Shown in pieces: positions 54,550 through 64,000 of a stretch of 64,000 nt of DNA; position 1 is the stretch's first letter; each line of letters starts with the position of its first letter. Source of the DNA: Octopus vulgaris (taxonomy: Eukaryota); assembly GCA_951406725.2 (NCBI GenBank), contig OX597835.1, positions 19,964,001-20,028,000 of the forward strand, in the 5' to 3' direction. The notes beneath the pieces were generated by a model. That model was given only the letters and a program-made list of their open reading frames with translations, ran no database searches and was not told the origin of the DNA. A program made the translations under genes and the position numbers.

Positions 54550-55463
54550 GTACGTGTGTGTGTGTGTGTGCGTGTGTGTGTGTGTGTATTCAAGTATTGG
54601 AGAAATATACTGACGTAAAAGTCGCTGTCAAAATAGTACCAATCATCTTTAAATGCTTGTCTCTGGAACCTACTCTGGCGTCCGGGAGAATGTCAAACTT
54701 ATTGTGCAAGCATTTCTCAACTTAATCCATTGAGGTACAAATGCCTCGCTTTCGCTTTATGTCTAGATCATTGCTTTTTTTTTTTTTTTCGAAAATGTTC
54801 TATGGCAATGAATGTGCGGCGTGAACATGCAAATATGAAAGTAATTCTGAACAATCAGGCTGAATGTGAGACGCCAATAATCTGACAAAATGACGTAATC
54901 ATCCTCTGTGTGTGTACGTGTGTACGTGTGTGTGTGTGTGTGTAAATTTTGCCATTGAAATCCAAAAAGTTGTTTTCGGGGATAAACATTAACCTTACAG
55001 TGATAAAACATTTTTTCAAATTCTATCAGAAATTTCATGAGGGAATTTCTCGAAACAGAAATTTATTGCCATTAACCTATATTGGTGTGGGATTGTGGTA
55101 TAGAGATTCACCACGTCAAAAGATACAATAATGGTATCATTGTTTATGGATTTTAGGAGGTGGTTTAACAGGTCAAGATCTTCCCTTACAAAGCTTGTTA
55201 TTTTAAATAGGTTTCATGAATATATATAAAAAAGTTGCTGAGATTGTGTGTTTCACAGTTCGGGCCTGCCACAGTTAATCTAAATTGAAGGTCGGTGGGA
55301 TATTGTATGTTTATACAACTTATAGTTGTTTTTTTTTTTACATTCTTAATAGATTAATTTTTATGGATTTTTGGGAGTCCGTAAAGATATCTAGCCTTGC
55401 AATCAAAATGGGTTAGGTAGTCCCATCCTTTGTTTTTAAAACCTTTTTTGATGTTTGTGAATA

Positions 55464-55871
55464 GGCGCAGGAGTGGCTGTGTGGTAAGTAGCTTGCTAAC
55501 CAACCACATGGTTCTGGGTTCAGTCCCACTGCGTGGCATCTTGGGCAAGTGTCTTCTGCTATAGCCCCTGGCCGACCAATGCCTTGTGAGTGGATTTGGT
55601 AGACGGAAACTGAAAGAAGTCTGTCGTATTTATGTATATATATATGTTTATGTGTGTGTGTGTGTGTTTGTGTGTCTGTGCTTGTCCCCCTAGCATTGCT
55701 TGACAACCGATGCTGGTGTGTTTACGTCCCCATCACTTAGCGGTTCCGCAAAAGAGACCGATAGAATAAGTACTGGGCTTACAAAGAATAAGTCTCGGGG
55801 TCGATTTGCTCAACTAAAGGCGGTGCTTCAGCATGGCCGCAGTCAAATGACTGAAACAAGTAAAGAGAGTA
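55464..55871 (+). mobile_element. SINE family C, full length
   Basis: tRNA-like head (TGGCTGTGTGG, GGTTCAGTCCC), CORE-like TTGGGCAAGTGTC, internal (TA)/(TG), tail GAAACAAGTAAAGAGAGTAA. Confidence 0.92.
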
Positions 55872-55879
55872 AGTTTGTT

Positions 55880-56135
55880 CGGTTTAGTCATCGTCATTGA
55901 TGTTTGGTAGTAGGCCATATCTTCTAATATAAATAGTATACCTCTTTTGTAGTGTTCAGTATCCATAATAACTATAGCATGTCCCTTATCTGCTTCCTTA
56001 ATTATTATATCAGTATTGTTTTCCAATTCATGTATTGTATCCCATTCCTTTCGATTGAAATCGGGCTCTATTTTAGCGCGTGGAAGGTCTTTGTAAGAGA
56101 AGGCAGATACAAAAATCACAAAATATATCTAAAGT
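55880..56135 (-). mobile_element. Penelope-like element ORF fragment (pre-RT DKG region)
   Basis: FNRKEWDTIHELENNTDIIIKEADKGHAIVIMDTEHY...LEDMAYY contains the ADKG..IV.MD signature of Penelope-like elements. Confidence 0.85.
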
Positions 56136-56423
56136 TCTATTCATACTTTTTGTTGGCGCTTCTTCGCTCTCGTTTCTTACAATTGATTCGTTCCCCTTTT
56201 CTTTATCGTTGATTTACTCTGATAGGCGTAGTTTTCTACAGAACTGTGAGATATCGTTCTGATATCCTATTAATTGATAAAAGAGTATATTACACATTGG
56301 CTTACATTACTTTTCTTTACTCCATAATTATTTCTTCACAGACTATACGTTAATAGTAAATTCACTTTCCAGCCGTCTGACCACATAATTATTGCAAAGT
56401 AACTTTTTTACAGCTCTCCGCCT

Positions 56424-56474
<51 letters not shown>

Positions 56475-56662
56475 CAAGATTTTGCTGTGTGTGACACTCC
56501 TCGTCATTATCTCCAGGTGATTCATTAATTTTTCTGCATTATATTTATTAACATTTACTTCCCTGCAGCCGCTACCATTTGATTATACGGTTATTTCGTT
56601 GCATTGTGCTGTTGATCCGATAAGGGGCATTATATATCACATAAATGTTACATTGCATGACA

Positions 56663-57041
56663 GTGGAGGCGCAATGGCCCAGTGGTTAGGGCAGCGGACT
56701 CGCGGTCATAGGATCGCAGTTTCGATTCCCAGACCGGGCGTTGTGAGTGTTTATTGAGCGAAAACACCTAAAAGCTCCACGAGGCTCCGGCAGGGGATGG
56801 TGGTGATTCCTGCTGTACTTTTTCACCACAAATTTCTCTCACTCTTACTTCCTGTTTCTGTTGTACCTGTAAGGGCCGGCCTTGTCACTCTCTGTGTCAC
56901 GCTGAATATCCCCGATAACTACGTTAAGGGTACACGTGTCTGTGGAGTGCTCAGCCACTTACACGTTAATTTCACGAGCAGGCTGTTTCGTTGATTCGGA
57001 TCAACTGGAACCCTCGTCATCGTAACCGACGGAGTGCTTCC
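56663..57041 (+). mobile_element. SINE family B
   Basis: Full head to GGAGTGCTTCC; flanking ACATTG(C/T)AT repeat. Confidence 0.9.
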
Positions 57042-57069
57042 ACATTGTATAAATCTCATTGTATGAATG

Positions 57070-57131
57070 GTGCTGAATCTCTAAATGTTGGAATTGTAAA
57101 AATTTCATGTGGCATTTTCCAGGGTGACTCA
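57070..57131 (+). mobile_element. isolated ~60 bp fragment of the Dong RT
   Basis: CTAAATGTTGGAATTGTAAAAATTTCATGTGGCATTTTCCAGGGTGACTCA closely matches 47928-47978 (VKISCGIFQGDS). Confidence 0.8.
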
Positions 57132-58089
57132 ACAGATGGCCATCATTGCTCGTCATGAAATTTATATATTTTGGAAACAGCGGAAATGCGATGTGTTACA
57201 TTAATACTGATTGAGTTAGGGCTGACATATTTGAGATATTCACGGTCAGCACCTTAATCAAGGGTTTTTCTAAAGCAGATGACTAAATGTGGGTTAAATG
57301 CTCAATGTATAAAATCAAGTTGAATTAACAGTGTCTCGAACACGTAGGACACCCGTCGTCTCAAATGTATGACACTGATACTTTTTTATTGTTGCTGTGG
57401 TGTAATCTTGTCCGTGAAGACTACACCACTTCGTACCCTGGTTTAAGGGACATGTTATTTACTTGATTGAACAACTTGGTCCTCAGACGCAAAATCAATA
57501 AAAGGTTTCCTCATAAAATACTCATGGCTTAAACATATGAACTCAAAATACGAAATAATAAGGATTTATGAAATACGCGTACAAAATACCGGAAGGAAAT
57601 GTAAAAAAAATAGAAATGATAATGGCGTTATTTTGATTGCTATGTCAGATCTAAATGCAAATTTTATATAACGTAATATGCAGTAATATATACATTGTTA
57701 AAATATTCTTTGCTAGGCGAAACGGAATAAGCATGATTAGATAGTGAAACAAAAACTGTGGAATGCATTTGGAATCCAGGAGGCGAAATTCTACAGAGTG
57801 GATTATATATATATGACTAAAAAGAGAAAAATATTACTATACGTACATCTAGAAAAAATATTATAAAATATCCATTTAAGGACAACGCAAAAATCTACTG
57901 AAGAATAATGGGAAGTTATTACTCGTAGCTGCGAAATATGCAGAAATCTATATTCTATCTTCAAAGAAGCTACGAAATATAAAACAGAGTGTAATATAAC
58001 AGACAGTTGAGGGGGAAGAAAGGAGAAATAACAATTTTAATTGTGAAACACGAACAAAACATCTAAGCAGGCCATAGAGCTACATAATA

Positions 58090-58590
58090 CCATGCGAAAA
58101 TGATGGCAATAAAAGTCCTTACTTGGACAATACCTATAAAGTCTGATCAAATGGAAATAGATAAAGAAAAACTATCAGTACTAAATGGGAGGGGCAGGAA
58201 CCAAAGCTGAGAATGAAGAATATTTATTGCGGCACGTTATTAAAAACCTTTGCATTAGAATCTACAAAGAGCTTGTGATAGAAGGGAATGAAATAAATAA
58301 TTGCATTCTATGTGTGTGCTGAGAGAATACAATTTATCGCTGCGTTTGGATACCAAGTCTAAACCAAGGGGAGAATATAATTTCGGGCTTGGTCATACTA
58401 AGGCTTTCATACACAGATAATGATGTCAGTATTTATAAAAAAATACGCAAAAACCGAAGGTGGTGTTAACATTCACTGGGAAAGAAGTTAGAGAACCACT
58501 AAGCAGTCGTATTCTGGGTTAGGGTAATCTCTACAGAGGGGAAGATCGAGGAGAGTTGAACGGATCGGATATTGTTGCCTAATTCAAGCG
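58090..58590 (+). pseudogene. heavily decayed R4/Dong C-terminal region
   Basis: Broken frames WQ*KSLLGQY...GTKAENE...NNCILC...LENH*AVVFW...ISTEGKI are collinear with WQEKPLYGKY...GLKSETE...TCRVC...LENDHISLLW...IQTDRKI of the intact copy. Confidence 0.6.
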
Positions 58591-58755
58591 GAAAAAGCTT
58601 CCATTTCCAACGTACACCTTAGACAAACTTGGTAAATATAAACATTCGACATAGTGTCCTTTCAACGCATTCGTTCGTTGCTCAAAAAAAAATAACAATA
58701 ACTACAACAACAATAATAATATAAATAATGATAATAACAATAATAATACTAATAC

Positions 58756-58832
<77 letters not shown>

Positions 58833-58868
58833 GTAATAATGATAATAATAATAATAATAATAATAATA

Positions 58869-59163
58869 ATGGAAATAGAGGTAACCAGAATGTGGAATGT
58901 AAAAAAAGCAACAATTCCTATCATAGTAGGTGCATTAGGCATGATAAAAAAATATTCAGACAAATACATAACAAAAACATCAGGACTTACAAACACATAT
59001 AACATACAGAAAATTGCACTCCTAGGCATTGCACACATCCTACGTAGAACACTTTCCATACAATAACCATCAGAGCATCACAACAAATCACAGCACATAC
59101 CCAAGGCACACAGAGCTGCGCTCGGTAGTGAAGTGAAAGCACGCTATAAAAATAAAACTACTG
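58869..59163 (+). mobile_element. 5'-truncated R4/Dong-type element of a second family, inside (TAA)n
   Basis: EIEVTRMWNVKKATIPIIVGALGMI...IQKIALLGIAHILRRTLS is homologous to the intact element's C-terminus; unrelated 3' UTR; AAT arrays on both sides. Confidence 0.88.
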
Positions 59164-59164
59164 A

Positions 59165-59196
59165 AAACTACTGACTACTACTACTACTACTACTAC

Positions 59197-59254
<58 letters not shown>

Positions 59255-59489
59255 GAGGAGGAGGGGGAGAAGAAGAGGGACAAGAAGAAGAAGGAGAAGA
59301 AGAAGAAGAAGAAGAAGAAGAAGAAGAAGAAGAACAACAACAACAACAACAACAAACAATATCATCGACAACAATAAACACGATGACAACAATACAAGTA
59401 AGGCATTACAGGGTGAAAATGACGGCAATCTACCAATGACAGCATCAACGACAATTCTGATAGTAATATTAAGTATAATGATGATGACG

Positions 59490-59536
<47 letters not shown>

Positions 59537-59546
59537 TATAATAATA

Positions 59547-59586
<40 letters not shown>

Positions 59587-59615
59587 TAATAATAACAATA
59601 ATATTGATGATGATG

Positions 59616-59678
<63 letters not shown>

Positions 59679-59780
59679 GCAACAAAAATAATAATAATGA
59701 TAATAATAATAATAATAATAATAACAATAATAATAATAATAATATTGATGACGATGATGATGATGATGCTGATGGTGATG
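59165..59780 (+). repeat. (CTA)n/(AAT)n/(AAG)n/(GAT)n compound microsatellites
   Basis: Direct reading. Confidence 0.9.
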
Positions 59781-61780
59781 ATGGGGGGGAGAAGGAGGAG
59801 GATAACTAGTGAATGGAAGCATAGCGTGCTTTGTAATTAAAAGTAAACAAATAGAGAATGACTTATTTTCAGAACTTTGCTTTTTCATTTATTTCGCCAT
59901 TTGTAGTGTTCTTCTTCACCTTATTTTCCATTCATTTACGCTCTTTTGGTGGCATTTTTTTGTTATTCTTGTTATTTCAATGAAATAGAGTGAGAAATAT
60001 CCAAATGTTTTTTAGAAGTAAAAAAAAAAAAAAAACGAAAGACAAAGAAAAATAAACGATGAAGCATATTTATTTAATGTTGTCATTTGGTGATGTCGAA
60101 CAGAAGTTAGGGGACTTCATTTTTAATATTTGAAATATTCTTGTTTCTAATTTGGTGTTCTAAAATTCGAAAAAAATATAGAAAAAAAATGCAAACAAAA
60201 AAAAAATGGTAATAATTGTTGTTTGTTTATAAGAAATACGCCCGGGATAGAAAACTTTCGAATTTGGGACAATACATTGAATTCAAGGTGTTTCAGAATA
60301 AAAATAATTCCAGTTTCTCCTTAACAGGCTGTTTTTCAGTTGAATACGAAATTAAACAGTTCTATAGCTACTAATTACATTTCAATAGCAATCATCTCAA
60401 CTCTCATAGAAAGATGCACCAGTATTCCAAATATGGCACAAATTCACCGGAAACGCACTTCCTTCTGTCTGTAAGTGTGACGGCCGGAAGTTAATTACGC
60501 GTGGAAATTTGAAAGAAGAAAATATCTGTCCTGTTAAAGTGTTCGCTATTCATTATGCTGGGCATTGTGATGTATGCTTTTTGCTAATTCATAATCTACT
60601 TAACAACGGGAATGTACGAGTTCGTGTTTCTTCATATACAACACAAGTGCGACAATGGCAGTAGAAACGGCTTTTATGTCTGTATCAATGTGACTGCAAT
60701 AGCAATAGGCCAGACTATTATCCCTTGAGCTGACCTGCGGGCAAACAAATTCGGCCTCACTACATTGTCTACACCAGAGATCATCAAATAATGCTTCATT
60801 TCGTAGACAGTTTTAGAGATATTTGGCAGCTATTTCTAGGAAATGAAGTCATATAAGAGAAACTATGCAAATATGTCGAAAAGCAAGCGCATTGAAACCC
60901 ACATACAGTGGTAATTAGGTTACTTTATATTTTTTCTCGCTCTTCTGAGTGGAATGCATAGTCGAATACGCACTGGAAGCCTCACGCCGTTCAGTGTCGC
61001 TTAGAAATATTATACTTATATGAAAAACAATTGATACATTTCTAAGGTCTTCTTCGCTGAAGGTTTACGAAGGCAAGTTATTAGACGACTCTGCCACAAG
61101 GATAACTTCACAGGTAGCTATAAAACCGCAGGTGTAAACACATAGCTCACTTGCTTCTCGTTGCCATTTCTCCCGTCCTCTGTGATATATAATACGTGTC
61201 GTATCAAAACTGTTAACTTACAGTAGGAAAGCTAAAATTTCGTTCCTATTCTTTTAAGCTATGCGATAGAGGAACTTATATAAACCATCATGTTTAAACC
61301 CTTGTAAATTATAGAATACTTCTTATGCAAAATTCATGAGATTAATGCATATACACGAGATATATTTTCTACCGATTTTAGTACAGTGATACCTCGCAGT
61401 ACGAGTTCAATACCTTCCATGAATTTTCTCCATTGAAATTAATTAAAACATTATTAATCCGTTCTAGCTTCCAAAATCCACCGTTAAGTTATTTTTCATG
61501 GCTTTTAAAACAGAAAAGGTGCAGCTAGAAGGAAAATGACAATGATAAAAGCAAAATAAAAATAGAGAATACAAAAGAGATATGTAAACTAGTTTTATTA
61601 GTTTAATTACCTTAAAGACGGGACGAATTGTGCGCGAGGGGGAAGGTTATTGTTTGGATGGAGAATCTCCTACCATTAATACTTCAGGAAGAGCAACTTC
61701 TGGCATTCTTTCTCTCACTTTGCTTAATTTAGGTTTTTTGAATAAACTTTCTTCACTTTTCACACTTGCGGGTTATTTCA

Positions 61781-61995
61781 TTACTCTCTTTACTCTTTTA
61801 CTTGTTTCAGTCTTTTGACTGCGGCCATGCTGGAGCACCGCCTTTAGTCGAGCAAATCGACCCCGGGACTTATTCGTTGTAAACCCAGTACTTATTCTAT
61901 CGGTCTCTTTTGCCGGACCGTTAAGTGACGGGGACGTAAACACACTAGCATCGGTTGACAAGCAATGCTGGGGGGACAAACACAGACACACAAAG

Positions 61996-62092
<97 letters not shown>

Positions 62093-62269
62093 TATATATA
62101 CATATATACGACAGGCTTCTTTCAGTTTCCGTCTACCAAATCCACTCACAGGGCATTGGTCGGCCCGGGGCTATAGCAGAAGACACTTGCCCAAGATGCC
62201 ACGCAGTGGGACTGAACCCGGAACCATGTGGTTGGTTAGCAAGCTACTTACCACACAACCACTCCTGCG
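61781..62269 (-). mobile_element. SINE family C nested in the pogo-like element
   Basis: Near-identical reverse complement of 55464-55871. Confidence 0.92.
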
Positions 62270-62504
62270 AGGAGAAGTCTGTTTTTCCTGTCTTTCTAAA
62301 TGTTGCAAAAATGCATTAGATCAGTGTCATTAAATAAAGCAGCTGCATGACCCGTGGATACATTTTCAGGAAAGTGTTTTTCTACAAATTCAGAAACATG
62401 CTGCCACTTTGCCAACGCTGCCTTAATGTCACTCGTAGAAATAGCCTTCTTGGCTACACAGTCCTACTCTTGGAACCCAATCACTTCAACCACATCCGAA
62501 TACT

Positions 62505-62718
62505 TATTTCTTTACTACCCACAAGGGTTTAAACATAGAGAGGACAAACAAGGACAGACAAACGGATTAAGTCCATTATATCGACCCCAGTGCGTAACTG
62601 GTAATTAATTTATCGACCCCGAAAGGATGAAAGTCGACCTTGGCGGAATTTGAACCCAGAACGTAACGGCAGACGAAGTACGACTAAGCATCCGGCCGCC
62701 GTGCTAACCATTCTGCCA
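62505..62718 (-). mobile_element. SINE family A nested in the pogo-like element
   Basis: TATTTCTTTACTACCCACAAGGG...GTGCTAACCATTCTGCCA. Confidence 0.88.
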
Positions 62719-63844
62719 ATACAAATACTACTGCCCCCGAAGCTGCAGGAGTTCATCTCTCGTTAACTCTTCTGAGAGTTCCTCGACAAAATCGTTAATA
62801 TCCCCATCGTCAACTTCGTGGGCCATATACTTACCAAGAGACACTATTTCCTCGGCTATAGATGTCTCAAACTCAACCCTCTCGAAGTCTCTTTCCGATA
62901 CGCAGTCAGGCCACAGTTTCCACGGCACAGAATTGAACGCTGTTGTTACATTCTGCTAGGCAATACTGATTTTCAGGCAGTTGACGGTGTTGTATTGTTC
63001 CCTCCATAAGGGGTTAGATTTGTATTTCCAGTGACTTCACAGCACTGAGAAACAGGTGTTTGGTATAACATTTCCTAAAAATTAGAAATCACATATTCCT
63101 CTATGGACTCCAAGATAGGTCTGATGTTGCGTGAGAAATATAGAACATTTATGAAATTAAATTCATCCAGGACATAATCTTCGAAGTTAGAAGGGTGAGC
63201 AGGCGCATTGTCGGGGATGAAGAGAGCCTTGAGGGGAAGATCGTCCTCCAGAAGGACATTTTCGCTGCTGGTCCGAATATAAGTTTAACCCACAAGGCGA
63301 AAAATTGCTTGATGACTCAGACTTTAACGTTTGCCCTCCACATGACCTGCAGCATCTCCTTCAAGATTGTGTGTGACTTTAACGCTCGTGATCTTTCGTT
63401 ATGTTAGACAAGCAGAGCCTTAATCTTCAAGTCTCCACTCGAATTGGCAAAAAGGGTAAGAGTTAACCTATCGTTCATAGGCTTGTGCTCGCTCTGGCTT
63501 TTTTTTCTCATCTGCAGTTATGTAGGTTCTTCTGGGCATTTTTGTCCAAAAGAAGCCAGTTTCCTCACAGTTGAATACATGTTATGCGATAAACCTCTCG
63601 GCTGTGATGAGCTGACAGAATTCACGCACGAAATCCTCAGCTTCCTTCGTGTCAGAACTCACTGCGACGCCATACTTGACGAACACCAATCCTTTTCTTG
63701 AAATTACCAAAGCAAACGCAACTGGCTTTAAATGCGTCTGCTGATGTCTCCTCCGTCGATGTTTTACACAAAAGACAAAAGACGAAGACAGGTGTATAAA
63801 CAACAAACATGTGTATTAGTTTAACGTTCGGTCACCCGAGAAAA

Positions 63845-63882
63845 TCTTTTACGTTTCGAGTCTACGCTCTTCAGCAGAAAGG
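63845..63882 (-). ncRNA. minimal hammerhead ribozyme candidate in a putative Penelope-like terminus next to (TA)n
   Basis: Minus strand CTGAAGA-GCGTAGACTC-GAAA-CG-TA-AAAGA with palindromic ACGT stem III; stem I imperfect; AATACA downstream. Confidence 0.5.
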
Positions 63883-63903
63883 AACACGAGAAATACGTAT
63901 ATG

Positions 63904-63972
<69 letters not shown>

Positions 63973-64000
63973 GAAATATATTACAAAAAGAAAATATAAG

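Larger units (their letters stand above)
61384..63760 (-). mobile_element. decayed pogo/Tigger-like DNA transposon, interrupted by two SINEs, 5' end missing
   Basis: Minus strand HVFNCEETGFFWTKMPRRTYI, HKPMNDRLTL...ANSSGDLKIK, DNAPAHP, LWPDCVSERDFE...EELTRDEL, KWQHVSEFVEKH; TA^CAGTGATACCTCG TIR-like end at 61384. Confidence 0.85.

Overview
AT-rich, microsatellite-saturated eukaryotic DNA with no host protein-coding exon I can recognise, so probably intronic or intergenic. The SINE families and repeat landscape suggest a cephalopod, probably an octopus (inference). Nearly all entries in the ORF track are translations of microsatellites or SINEs. Main content: (1) a near-intact ~4.2 kb R4/Dong-clade non-LTR retrotransposon (RT, CCHC knuckle, restriction-like endonuclease) ending in a (TAA)n array, with its ORF broken only by two single-base losses in homopolymer runs, plus other Dong-type remnants; (2) four tRNA-headed SINE families (my labels A-D), including dimers with a recurrent junction, nested insertions and a 3' module swap; (3) two copies of a non-autonomous Helitron, a mariner MITE, a piggyBac-type MITE, a decayed pogo/Tigger element and Tc1/mariner and CR1-like fragments; (4) Penelope-like remnants (DKG motif) and several minimal type I hammerhead-ribozyme folds, one with a non-canonical core, plus short elements docked on (TA)n tracts. 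Overall the window looks like a set of retroelements partitioned by microsatellite target: (TAA)n for Dong-type elements and (TA)n for putative Penelope-derived termini. All family assignments come from motif recognition by eye; no database search was run.
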